Position numbers and translations under genes: made by a program. DNA of 64,000 bases, taken from assembly GCA_002269645.1 (NCBI GenBank), contig NIVC01000296.1, positions 186,001 through 250,000 on the forward strand. The letters are read 5' to 3'. Source of the stretch: Macrostomum lignano (Eukaryota). Of this stretch, positions 36,201 to 49,661 are shown one piece after another (position 1 is the stretch's first letter; every line of letters starts with the position of its first letter). The notes beneath the pieces were generated by a model. The model did not search any database and was not told where the DNA came from. It saw only the letters and a list, made by a program, of their open reading frames with translations.

Positions 36201-39200
36201 CTGACTGACTGACTGACTGACTGACTGACTAACTGACTGACTAACTAACTGACTAACTGACTGACTAACTGACTAACTGACTGACTGACTAACTGACTAA
36301 CTAACTAACTGACTGACTAACTGACTGACTGACTAACTGACTGACTAACTGACTAACTAGCTAGCTGACTAACTGACTAACTAACTAACTGACTAGATAA
36401 CTAACTAACTGACTAACTAACTAACTAACTGACTAACTGACTGACTGACTGACTGACTAACTGACTGACTAACTGACTGACTAACTGACTAACTGACTGA
36501 CTAACTGACTAACTAGCTAGCTGACTAACTGACTAACTGACTGACTAACTGACTAACTATTGCTAGCTGAGCTGAACAATAGCTAGCTGACTAACTGACT
36601 AACTAACTAACTGACTAGATAACTAACTAACTGACTAACTAACTAACTAACTGACTAACTGACTGACTGACTAACTGACTGACTAACTGACTGACTGACT
36701 GACTGACTAACTAACTAACTAACTGACTAACTGACTGACTGACTGACTGACTGACTAACTGACTGACTAACTGACTGACTAACTGACTGACTGACTGACT
36801 AACTGACTAACTAGCTAGCTGACTAACTGACTAACTAACTAACTGACTAGATAACTAACTAACTGACTAACTAACTAACTAACTAACTGACTGACTAACT
36901 AACTGACTAACTGACTGACTGACTGACTGACTGACTGACTGACTGACTGACTGACTGACTGACTGACTGACTGACTGACTGACTGACTGACTGACTGACT
37001 GACTGACTGACTGACTGACTGACTGACTGACTGACTGACTAACTGACTAACTAGCTAGCTGACTAACTGACTAACTCACTGACTGACTGACTGACTGACT
37101 AACTGACTGACTGACTGACTGACTGACTGACTGACTGACTGACTGACTGACTGACTGACTAACTAACTGACTAACTGACTGACTGACTGACTGACTGACT
37201 GACTAACTGACTGACTAACTAACTGACTAACTGACTGACTAACTGACTGACTGACTGACTGACTAACTGACTAACTAACTAACTAACTGACTAACTGACT
37301 GACTAACTGACTAACTGACTAACTGACTGACTGACTAACTGACTAACTGACTGACTGACTAACTGACTAACTAACTAACTGACTGACTAACTGACTAACT
37401 GACTGACTGACTAACTGACTAACTAACTAACTGACTGACTGACTAACTGACTAACTAACTAACTGACTGACTAACTGACTAACTGACTGACTGACTGACT
37501 AACTGACTAACTAACTAACTGACTGACTAACTGACTAACTGACTGACTGACTAACTGACTAACTGACTGACTGACTGACTGACTGACTGACTGACTGACT
37601 AACTAACTGACTAACTGACTGACTGACTGACTGACTGACTGACTAACTGACTGACTGACTGACTAACTGACTGACTGACTGACTAACTGACTGACTAACT
37701 GACTAACTGACTGACTGACTAACTGACTAACTGACTGACTGACTGACTAACTGACTAACTAGCTAGCTGACTAACTGACTAACTGACTGACTGACTGACT
37801 GACTGACTAACTAACTGACTGACTAACTGACTAACTAGCTAGCTGACTAACTGACTAACTCACTGACTGACTGACTGACTGACTAACTAACTGACTGACT
37901 GACTGACTGACTGACTGACTGACTGACTGACTGACTGACTGACTGACTGACTGACTGACTGACTGACTGACTGACTGACTGACTAACTGACTGACTGACT
38001 GACTGACTGACTGACTGACTGACTGACTGACTAACTGACTGACTAACTGACTAACTGACTGACTAACTGACTAACTAGCTAGCTGACTAACTGACTAACT
38101 GACTGACTAACTGACTAACTATTGCTAGCTGAGCTGAACAATAGCTAGCTGACTAACTGACTAACTAACTAACTGACTAGATAACTAACTAACTGACTAA
38201 CTAACTGACTAACTGACTAACTAACTAACTGACTGACTAACTGACTAACTAACTGACTGACTGACTGACTGACTGACTGACTGACTGACTGACTGACTGA
38301 CTGACTGACTGACTGACTGACTGACTGACTGACTGACTGACTGACTGACTGACTGACTGACTGACTGACTGACTAACTGACTGACTGACTGACTGACTGA
38401 CTGACTGACTGACTGACTGACTGACTGACTGACTGACTGACTGACTGACTGACTGACTGACTGACTGACTGACTGACTGACTAACTGACTAACTAGCTAG
38501 CTGACTAACTGACTAACTCACTGACTGACTGACTGACTGACTAACTGACTGACTGACTGACTGACTGACTGACTGACTGACTGACTGACTGACTGACTGA
38601 CTGACTAACTAACTGACTAACTGACTGACTGACTGACTGACTGACTGACTAACTGACTGACTAACTGACTGACTAACTGACTGACTAACTGACTGACTGA
38701 CTGACTGACTAACTGACTAACTAACTAACTGACTGACTAACTGACTGACTGACTAACTGACTGACTAACTGACTAACTAGCTAGCTGACTAACTGACTAA
38801 CTAACTAACTGACTAGATAACTAACTAACTGACTAACTAACTAACTAACTGACTAACTGACTGACTGACTGACTAACTGACTGACTGACTGACTGACTGA
38901 CTAACTAACTGACTGACTAACTGACTAACTAGCTAGCTGACTAACTGACTAACTGACTGACTAACTGACTAACTATTGCTAGCTGAGCTGAACAATAGCT
39001 AGCTGACTAACTGACTAACTAACTAACTGACTAGATAACTAACTAACTGACTAACTAACTAACTAACTGACTAACTGACTGACTGACTAACTGACTGACT
39101 AACTGACTGACTGACTGACTGACTAACTAACTAACTAACTGACTAACTGACTGACTGACTGACTGACTGACTAACTAACTGACTGACTGACTAACTGACT

Positions 39201-40531
39201 AACTAACTAACTGACTGACTAACTGACTAACTGACTGACTGACTGACTAACTGACTAACTAACTAACTGACTGACTAACTGACTAACTGACTGACTGACT
39301 GACTGACTGACTGACTGACTGACTGACTGACTGACTGACTGACTGACTAACTAACTGACTAACTGACTGACTGACTGACTGACTGACTGACTAACTGACT
39401 GACTGACTGACTAACTAACTGACTGACTGACTAACTGACTGACTAACTGACTAACTGACTGACTGACTAACTGACTAACTGACTGACTGACTGACTAACT
39501 GACTAACTAGCTAGCTGACTAACTGACTAACTGACTGACTGACTGACTGACTGACTAACTAACTGACTGACTAACTGACTAACTAGCTAGCTGACTAACT
39601 GACTAACTCACTGACTGACTGACTGACTGACTAACTAACTGACTGACTGACTGACTGACTGACTGACTGACTGACTGACTGACTGACTGACTGACTGACT
39701 GACTGACTGACTGACTGACTGACTGACTGACTGACTAACTGACTGACTGACTGACTGACTGACTGACTGACTGACTGACTGACTAACTGACTGACTAACT
39801 GACTAACTGACTGACTAACTGACTAACTAGCTAGCTGACTAACTGACTAACTGACTGACTAACTGACTAACTATTGCTAGCTGAGCTGAACAATAGCTAG
39901 CTGACTAACTGACTAACTAACTAACTGACTAGATAACTAACTAACTGACTAACTAACTGACTAACTGACTAACTAACTAACTGACTGACTAACTGACTAA
40001 CTGACTGACTGACTAACTGACTAACTGACTGACTGACTAACTGACTAACTGACTAACTGACTGACTAACTGACTGACTAACTGACTGACTAACTGACTAA
40101 CTAGCTAGCTGACTAACTGACTAACTGACTGACTGACTGACTGACTGACTGACTGACTGACTAACTGACTAACTGACTGACTGACTGACTGACTGACTGA
40201 CTGACTGACTGACTGACTGACTAACTGACTGACTAACTGACTGACTGAATAACTGACTGACTAACTGACTAACTGACTGACTAACTGACTAACTAGCTAG
40301 CTGACTAACTGACTAACTGACTGACTGACTGACTGACTGACTGACTGACTAACTGACTAACTAGCTAGCTGACTAACTGACTAACTGACTGACTAACTGA
40401 CTGACTGACTGACTGACTGACTGACTGACTGACTGACTGACTAACTGACTGACTAACTAACTGACTAACTGACTGACTAACTGACTGACTGACTGACTAA
40501 CTAACTAACTGACTAGATAACTAACTAACTG

Positions 40532-40566
<35 letters not shown>

Positions 40567-40571
40567 GACTG

Positions 40572-40638
<67 letters not shown>

Positions 40639-40690
40639 GACTGACTGACTAACTAACTAACTAACTGACTAACTGAGTAATGAACTAACT
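33217..40690. repeat. ~7-kb (GACT/AACT)n tetranucleotide array, interrupted by a unique island at ~33458-33789
   Basis: Mixed CTGA/CTAA units with recurrent landmark variants; lies in SLC16 intron 1. Confidence 0.98.
33677..33717 (+). ncRNA. Minimal type-I hammerhead ribozyme-like motif (Penelope-like element type), G8A core variant
   Basis: AAACC-CTGATAAA-GGCCCAG(T)CTGGGCC-GAAA-TA-TC-GGTTT: stem I AAACC/GGTTT, stem II, GAAA box, palindromic ATAT stem III, AUC cleavage triplet. Confidence 0.6.
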
Positions 40691-40776
40691 AGCTAAAAAT
40701 CTAACCAACAGTACTAGCTATTTAACTAACAATTTAACTAATGATTAAGGAGCTAATGAACTCCAATTGAACTCAC

Positions 40777-41158
40777 CAAACAGCATGTAGGCGCCAAACA
40801 CGGTGCTGCCGATCAGAGACAGCTCTGCCGGCCCCCTGCCAGCAAAGGATTCGCTAATCCGGTCGCGAGCTACGCTAAAAAACGAATAGCAAAAGCCGTC
40901 AACAAGGCCGTGGCAGAGGAATGCGCCAAGCACAATGAACCAAGCGTAGCCCTTGTCCGGCGGGCTGGGAGGCCCGGCCGCGTCCACACCAGCCGGTGGC
41001 AGCGACGCTGTCGCCTGGGGAGGATTGGGATTCGGCGAAGTAAAATAACTGTAGGATTCTGCCGCTGACTGCGGCGGCTGCTGATGCTGAGGGTCTGGTG
41101 GTTCGGCAACCGCCTGGCCAGCAGCTGCAGGCGGCTGCTGCTGCTGCGGATTCGTCAT
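40777..41158 (-). CDS. SLC16: SLC16 transporter, exon 1 (first coding exon)
   Basis: ATG 41158; PPDKGYAWFIVLGAFLCHGLVDG is the MCT N-terminal PPDGGWGW motif; TTT G|gtgagt. Eight exons give about 880 aa. Confidence 0.92.
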
Positions 41159-41590
41159 GATCGAGAAGTTCAACAGCTCTGAGTCTTATTTTTGCAGAAT
41201 TTCAAACTGAAAATTTAATTTAAAAAAACTTATTTAGCGAATAAACTTGGGCCAAAACGAATCATGAGCTCATTTAGTAATGTTCTATTTTTAGAAACCC
41301 GACGAGTACTGGCCTAAGTACTTGCAACTTAAAATTAGTATTAAGTAAGTACAACAATAGTCCACTGTCTCGACAAGTTGAAATAGACTATAAATAGAAT
41401 CATATTGTCATATTCTTTATGTACAGTGACAATACATATCCAAGAAAAGTCTGCTCACTTCTATATCTAGTGTGCTGTGTGCTGTGTTTGACACAATGCA
41501 CACTACATAGTATGTTCTCTTAAAATTGCACAATACCTAAATTAGTTTTCCATTATGCAACATATACTAATCATAATAATTGATTACTGA

Positions 41591-41856
41591 TTACACCTGC
41601 CCTATTGGGCACATGTGAAACCGACCGCTATGCTGCAGCTACTGTGAGACGCATCTGAAGGCTGCGTACGGCTGTTCTGGGGGGTCGCCACACACCCTCA
41701 ATTACCATATCGAATGCTGGCACCCATTTTACAGCTGGGTAACCAGAAGCAATGCAAAGTTAGGTGTCTTGCTCAAGGACACAAATTGTTCCAGTGGGAT
41801 TGGGAATCGAACCCACAACCTTCACGTTGTGAGTCCGACTCTCTAACCATAGGGCC
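41591..41856 (-). mobile_element. tRNA-derived CORE-like SINE (copy 2)
   Basis: Alignable along its length to 7730-8019; B-box GGTTCGATTCC on the minus strand. Confidence 0.85.
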
Positions 41857-44588
41857 ATAACCCCCAATGGCTATAGCTTATAGATAAATTACAGTATAAT
41901 AATTACCTATGATAGCTATGGATATGCCAATAGAAGACTGCACTTATGGCTATAACTAGGAAAAATAATATGAATAATTTAGTAAGAAGCCACAGCCTTG
42001 TCTAGTTTTTTGCAACAATAAATGTGCCATGGCCTATGAGATTTTAAATTTGCATCTTCTAATTCGGACTTTAAGATGCCAATTTAATATCTAGCTTATT
42101 TATTTAAATTAAAAAGTCAAGCACCACTTAATAATAAATATAAAAGCAATGTTAGAATTAGTTAACAAATAAAAAATAACTATCTTAACCATTTTATTAT
42201 TAGGTGTATCAAAGTATATTATATAAAATAGTCTAGCACTAAAGTCTATTGTTTAATACAATAACAATTACATATTGCTATTGCAATATAGAATACTTTT
42301 AGGTTAGGTTTTTAAGTATCAAAATTGTAGTACATTTGGTATGCCAGGTCTTAAATTAGGATGCTAAAGAAAAAACTATTTATAGAATACTAACTAATAT
42401 CATCTGATTTAAAAGAAACTAATCTTACGTAAATAAAATAAACTAAGCTAATCCAACTAACCAAATATATATCCTACAAGTATAAGCTATAAGTTTGATT
42501 GCTAACTTAAACTATTCTATTTATTGATAATATTAGGTTTCTTAAACTTTAAGGTATATAGAATGTTTTTATTTTCTAATTGTTATATGCTTTTACCAAA
42601 AGTACAATAATTAGATACCTTATGTATCAATATATATAAGATAAAAAACTAAAAAATTGACAATATCATATTGAGTAAATTCAGTCTTGAACACGATTCT
42701 AATACTCTGATATTCTAATACTATTGGCAATACATTTTGGGTATTGGAGTATTAGAAGCTAATACTTTTATGATAATATCAGACTTTGGTAACTTCCAAT
42801 ACAATTTCAAATTTGCCTGATAGTCTGATAGTTGAATATTTTTTTAAATTTTGAGCCTGCAAACAATCAAAATTTGTTAAAATGAATGAAATAGTTGCAT
42901 GATTTTAGAGAAAGTAATGATAAATCCTTTTTTACTTTATATTACTTTTGACCTTAAAATCAGTTTTTAGAACTTTTAAAAATTGCCTGCACCATAGATA
43001 CTTTATCAATTAGTAATTAGTAATTATCATCAAAATGATATTATTTATTTAATTATCATGCTACAAGTACTGCAACATTGTCACTGTCAGCCACTGATTG
43101 CCAATTGAGTCTACAATTTCTACAATATAGTATAATACACAAGTACTACACTAGTAATAGTAGCAATTTAGTGAATGATGCATACATGTAAACACTTAGC
43201 AAAAAATAAATAAATACACTATTTTGAGTGCATCTATTGGGCAAGGCCAAGTTGAGTAAAGGGAATTAAAGAGAAATGACATGATTTACTTGGGTTTACA
43301 TATGTAAAAAGTAGAGTGGCAAGGTGTTGCCCAATCAGAGATTTTAAAGTCTGTACCTTGGCTTAGAGCATTTGGTTTGGCTAGCTGACTAAATGTACAT
43401 GTAAATGCACCCAACCCAAAAAAACAAGACTGAGATTAAGCATGCAAGTGCATCAATTGCAGATTAACAGGCTGCCACACTATACTAAGACAATAACAGT
43501 ACTAATATATGTAAAGAAAAATAACTACAGAGGCTAATAAGTAGTTAATGATTGACTATAGTAGTAACTGTTGGTTTTCATTTGTTAATTTTTTTTTATT
43601 GAAGGCTTTATCATTAAAAACAGTGCTAAGCTTGCTTCATTCACCTGAAAAACAAAGGAAAAGGTCTAAGAAGCTTGAATTATATGCATTTTTTGTTAAG
43701 CAATTCTTTTTGTAAGACAGGGTATTAGAATAGAATATTGGAATTGGGGTATCACTAATACTCAAATTTGGGTATTAAACTTTCAGGTATTGGTAATACT
43801 TTTTTAGAAAGGGTATTGGAGTATTGGCTTTCACAGATACTTTTTTGAGCATTGTGCCCAACACTGAGTAAACTCGCTTTGAGAAAATAAACATTTCTAA
43901 TAAAATACACAACCTTAATTATAGGATTAAACCTTTAGGGCTAAGTGGCAAATCATATTGCAACCAAGGTCTAAATTGCACTTAAATATAGTTCCTATGT
44001 TAGATATCTTCTCCCTATATCTATACCTATAACCTTCTCTTCCAATATGCACCTTGCATTTTTTTCTATGTGGGCTTTATAAATGATATTGAAGAAATTT
44101 TGGTAACTAATACTTAAACAAGTTATAAAAATAGACAAGTCTAGCAAAATACAAAGAAGATTAATTGGGCAATTTCTTTAGGCTTTGATACATTCTAGCC
44201 AAATTTAACTCTGTACCCTAAAATGGTATACAATTAATTTTTCTTTGAAGACTGACAAGTATTCTCCTTTTGTGCTTCATTTGTTTCTTTTGCTTATAAA
44301 TTGTTTTGTTCAACCCAAATAATGCAGATAATGCAGAAGCTACACTTGTGATTTGTAGAAATTTTAATGGAGGCTTATTCTTTCATTTCAATATTTTGTT
44401 TGCGCAGGATTACATGCAGTAAGAGTGTTTTATGACTATTAACTTTTTAGGCTAATTATATTTACTGCAAAGGCACTAATCAAATTATTCATTGTTTTCT
44501 AAAGGTTTTTACTAATTTATTCAAATATTGGATGTGATAATAATATCATTTTAGCATTTTTATTTGAAGAAGAACTGCATGTTTAATT

Positions 44589-44879
44589 CGGCAATGGCTA
44601 GAGTTCCGGCACCGGAACCCATTTTCAAATGGCTACGGATCCGGCAGTGCCATTATAATATAGATGAAACATTATATTTTTCTTTTTACATGTGGCTGAT
44701 ATTGAGATTTTGTTCTAGATTAAAATTTAAGACAATATGATAAGATTCAGGACGAGATGCTTCTAATATCCAGAATTCTTAGATATGTTCTTAGCAGTCT
44801 TTATATGCTTCTATATGGCACTGCCAGATCCCTAGCTGTTAGAAAACGGGTTCCGGTGCCGGAACTCTAGCCATTACCG
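44589..44879. mobile_element. MITE, ~70-bp TIRs, 7-8-bp TSD (TTTAATT)
   Basis: CGG[C/T]AATGGCTAGAGTTCCGGCACCGGAACCC at both ends in inverted orientation; TTTAATT on both flanks. Confidence 0.85.
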
Positions 44880-45904
44880 TTTAATTCTAGACCAACGAAC
44901 ATTTTTGCTCTTTGTACAAAGAAATATTTAATCACTTTTTAATTATTTGGTTCTTTAGAATTAGAAAAGACTAGTAATGGAAGAATGGAAGTTACTTTTT
45001 TCAAAAATAGTGCTATTCACTACTAAAACAAGTGCCAAGTTACTTTTTAACATTGCAAATAATATATTCTACTTTGACTATTTAAATGCACATTTAAATT
45101 TGGCAACAAACAATTTTGGCAATAGAAATTTACCATGGACAAATTTAGCAAAAGCAAATTTGGCAATAATCTAGGCAAATTTGGCAACAAGTCTTTTTAG
45201 GTCTAATTTATTGATCTAACCAAGGTTTTAGTCAGATATACTTTTATAAGCTATCTGTCAAATAGTCTAATTAACCCCTATCCCTTTTGTTAATAATACA
45301 ACAAATATATAACTTAAACTTAAGTATAAGGTATGCATTGTCAGCTAGCTAAGTGTACTGTAGAAAAATTAAAATTAAAATAGAATAACTGTCAATTGAT
45401 ACTACTGCTATACATGTATATATATTCAGATTTTCCTTGGCAAAGAAGTGCCTTAAGATTATAGCCACTTAACTCCTGCATGACCTTTGATAGAAAAAAT
45501 GTATTTGATTGAAATAGACATTGAAATAAAGAATGAACTAATATTTCTTGGCTTTATTACCTAAAAATGATATAAAAATAAAATGCATATAATAATAGTT
45601 ATAATACACAATTGACTTATATTTCAAATTTTATACTGAAAATTTAAAAATGATACTTTTAAAAACAATTTATTTTTAAACAAAGGCTTGATGTTCTCAA
45701 CCCTATAAATATAATCATTCTAGCAAAGTTTTGGTTTTAACTTTTATTAGTATTTTTTAAAATATATGCTACAGAAATAATTTTGAGTATTATATAGTCA
45801 CAAGACCAACTCCTCCATTGGAAGAGAAGGGGTTAGAACTCCCATTGCCAGAACTCCATTCCCTGAAATCTATCAGCTGAATCCCAAGACCAGAGCTTTA
45901 AACA

Positions 45905-46175
45905 GAACCAAAATAGAACTTTACCAAAATCCTATCTGTAAAACAGAAATTTATCAAAATCCCATCTGTGAAATAGAACTTTATCAAAATCCTATTTGTG
46001 AAATAGAAATTTATCAAAATCCTATCCATAAACTAGAACTTTATCAAAATTCTATCTGTGAAATAGAAATCCCCTCCATGAAACAGAGCACTATCAAAAT
46101 CCTCTCCATGAAACAGAACTTTATCAAATGCTCTTCATGAAACTGAATTCTATCAAAATCTCCTCTGTTAAACAA
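45905..46175. repeat. 30-bp degenerate minisatellite (AAATAGAACTTTATCAAAATCCTATCTGTG)
   Basis: About 8 units, followed by GGTTAGGGTTAGGG near 46232. Confidence 0.85.
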
Positions 46176-47166
46176 TATCTAACAATATTATCTCCGTCAA
46201 TCAATACTAATAAATTGAAATTGAAATCAGTGGTTAGGGTTAGGGATATATAGAGCAGCCTATTAAAAGGTGCCGAAAATAAAAAAAATTGAACCAATTG
46301 ATGGCATAATCTATTTCTCTGTCAGTCAGTATCAGTCTTCATTAAAGCTAACAAAATGGTTACACAATCTAAATCAACCCTCTAATACATAGCAACCAAC
46401 CCCCTTCCAATACACAGCGGCAGTTAGAAGTTGAACCCCCCCCCAACATTTATCTATTACATCTTGCAAAAGTGAGTATAATCTTTGCAGAAAGTTAAAA
46501 GTATAGAAATAGTATTTTGAATGATGTGCTTTCTATTTTCATATTTAAAGCAAACAACTGATATCTCTAAACTCAGTGTTGCAGGAACTTTCTAGCAATA
46601 TAAGTCTCTCTCCTCTCAAAGTTTAAAACTTGAGGAGTAGTTAGTATTATTTGAAATTTCCAAATTTTAAAGCATTGAAGTATTGAGTATACATTCATTT
46701 GTAAGCCTATATTATAGTAAAAGGCTTGCAAGTTTATTCATTGAATTTAACTGCATAACTAATACACATTGAAAGGCGCCAATAAAAAAAGCAATTGAAT
46801 CTTGACACAGTTGTAAATCATTGCGCTTCTTGCCCACTACCCCACAAATTATGCATAGTTAGCCAATGTGCAGTTGAGTGAAATCTATAAATTTAGCAAT
46901 TGTCTATACAGTTGGCCAGTTAGCTAAGGTCAGAATGTACACACACAGCCACTGAGAATGCCGCCACCCCTCCACTAGAGAGATAATACACTGCCATTCT
47001 GCCAAGATAGGAAAAAGTTGTGATACAATCACTTAAAATTATTGCAAATATTTAGTTCTCAGTAGAAAAAGTGGCCAAAGAAGGTTACAAAAAGTGTTTT
47101 CTACTTTTTTTAACAGACTTAACTTTTTTAGTTTTCAACATTAAGTAAAATAGCCTACTTGTTGAG

Positions 47167-48070
47167 TAGGGATTCCAAATTCCTGACATTTTATAATCCC
47201 GGGATTGAATAGTCCCGAAATCCCGATGCTGTTGAAATCCCAGGATTCAAAATCTCAGAATCCCGGTGCTTTTGCAATCCCAGGATTAAAAATCCCGGGA
47301 TTTGATTCCCAAAAAAATCCCGGGATTCAAATCCCGGATTTTTAGCCCCAATCCCGGGATCCCGGGATTGGAATCCCTAAGACAGACTGTGTGGCATGCC
47401 GCATGCAGTAGTCATGGTCTTGTGACTCTCAGAGTCTCAGGGCCTTTTCATATTACCAATTCTAAAACCAGAATCGGTTCGGAATTCCAAGAAAAACAAC
47501 AGTATAACTATTAAACTCTATTAATATTTGACTGCCTTAACAGCCTCACTTTGCACGATTTTTCACTTTCTTCTTGGCGATTGTCATTCAATAATAAAAA
47601 CTTTATAGCATGTATCTACCTCTAGTTATGGAGACAAAAAGTTATACTTCACAAATTGGTTCTGGTTCTGGAACCAGAACAAGCAATATGAAAAGGCCCT
47701 CAGTCTCGTCTCATGGTGGAAAAAGAAAAAAAGTTAAAATTATCTATCATTTACAGTTCACATTAACAATTTTTAGCTCAATTAGGACAGGAGCTTTGCA
47801 AATGTTTAACGTTTCATTAAGAAACAGCAAAAACAAATAAATGTTTTATTATTCAAATAAACGTTTAGACTTTAAATTATCTAATTTAGGCATTGAAAGG
47901 TTGTTCTAATCCAGGACCAATCCCGGGATTAAGGCCTTGAAATCCCGGGATCCCAATCCCGGACTTTTGCAATCCCAGGATTAAAAAAATCCCGGGATTC
48001 GATTCCCAAAAAAATCCCGGGATTCAAATCCCAGATTTTTGGCCCCAATCCCGGGATCCCAGAATCCCTA
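47167..48070. mobile_element. Non-autonomous hAT-like element, TAGGGATT termini, 8-bp TSD TTGTTGAG
   Basis: TTGTTGAG|TAGGGATTCC ... GAATCCCTA|TTGTTGAG; subterminal AATCCCGGGATT repeats; extra internal right end at 47379. Confidence 0.85.
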
Positions 48071-48401
48071 TTGTTGAGTAGGAAAATTCTGCATTGATAT
48101 ATAAGTCCCACATTTGAATTGCTAGCCATCTAGGAGATACACATTAAACCAGCCAGTTGATTGATCTACTTAGCACTTTAGATATAAGTATAAGATAGAA
48201 TAATAATAATGCACAATATATTTAGTAATCTAAAACACAATTTAGGTCAAAGAGCTACATAATCCAGTAGTAATTAAAAGAGCTAGTAGAGCATAAAACT
48301 GCATATTGTCAAATAGTATGGTGCTTAACTGCTCTAAAGTTAACAGCTCATAGGGGCAGAGTGCAGTGTCACTCGGGGTCAGATCAAGGTCGCTGCGGTC
48401 G

Positions 48402-48497
48402 TCAGTCATAGTCTGGATCAGCGTGGCAGCGTACCACGGCCTTGGCCGCGTCGAGGCCGTTCTTGCGGTAGATGAAGCAGCGCCTAGTTTCACTCAT
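48402..48497 (-). CDS. Candidate 31-aa small ORF or uORF (MSETRRCFIYRKNGLDAAKAVVRCHADPDYD)
   Basis: ATG...TGA in a GC island within AT-rich DNA with mostly G/C-ending codons; no homolog recognised. Confidence 0.35.
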   Translation of the reverse strand: MSETRRCFIYRKNGLDAAKAVVRCHADPDYD

Positions 48498-48893
48498 AGC
48501 TAACGATTCAATGAATGAAGCCGCTTAATTTTATTTTTAAAGGATCAAGACTGATTTAAATCTTTCTTCTTGCTTCACCAAATATAAAATATATGCCAAA
48601 CGACGACATAAACTCAAGGAAAACTAAAGCAAATATGCTCAACTACCTGCATTTTTCGTGGGTCATGTGGGGTCAGACAAAAGGTTTTGCACATTTTCGC
48701 CATGCATTTTCCTAAATACTGAGGAACAATCAGCTTTTAGCTAACTAGTCCAACCAGGTGAGGATCCAGAAAATTTTGAATGGGGGCAAGACTATACTAA
48801 TTAAGGTATGCTTTCGATAACGTTTTATAAAATAGCCCATGTAAAAGTTTAAGAAATCAAACGCAAAGGGGGCGCCCTCCCCCTAAATCCCGT

Positions 48894-49000
48894 ACTGAGT
48901 CAAAATACTTGTCCACGTATGTTTTTGTCCACTGAGTCAAAATACTTGTCCACGTATGTTTTTGTCCACTGAGTCAAAATACTTGTCCGCGTATGTTTTT
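48894..49000. repeat. 37-bp triple direct repeat containing TGAGTCA and CACGTA
   Basis: ACTGAGTCAAAATACTTGTCCACGTATGTTTTTGTCC at 48894, 48931 and 48968 (third copy partial). Confidence 0.92.
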
Positions 49001-49661
49001 AAGTTTAATGGTTTTGCTTCGTTATTTTCCATGCACACGATCCAATAGAAACGAACAAGCAGAGCTAGGCTTACATGTACGTACATGTACTTGAAGGTGA
49101 ACGATAAGCATGTGATGAGGACGCACTTTTTTCAAATTTCACGCTCACAGCAGGCTATGGGCGTTTTTCTCCCTCTTTTGCAATTTTTCTAGAATTCATA
49201 CTAGTAGGACTTCTGTAGCTATATTAATCTGCCATACTTGTAACACAGGCGCGGTTTTTTAGCTGCTTTTGGGTCATAAATCATTGCGTCTGACTGACAG
49301 CCACCTGCGCCTCACTCAATGCGGAGGCTGGCGCCAATCAATGCGGAGGATGGTCTGAGAGGTGGCTTTTTTCTCATCATTTCAACAGGCCATCAAGATT
49401 TATGAGGTCAGGGCCTATTGTTCGTGTTTACTCAAGCGTGTGACAGCTTTGAGAGCTATGCGTTTTACCCCTAAAAGTATGTTGAGATTAGCGATTAGCA
49501 ATTTCTCTTCATTATCTTTACTTTCTACTCAATAAGAGCTTTCTAATGTATATTTTTTCATTAATTTTTGTCATTTCTACGCGAAAGGTCATAAATCATT
49601 ATGTAGCGATTTTGAGTGATTTATGACCGCACCTGTCGTATTTTTATGGCCCCGAGGAAAC

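Noticed and set aside
46232-46245. Telomeric TTAGGG repeat
   Set aside because: Only two units, internal; such snippets also occur inside the repeat elements here (57505-57515).
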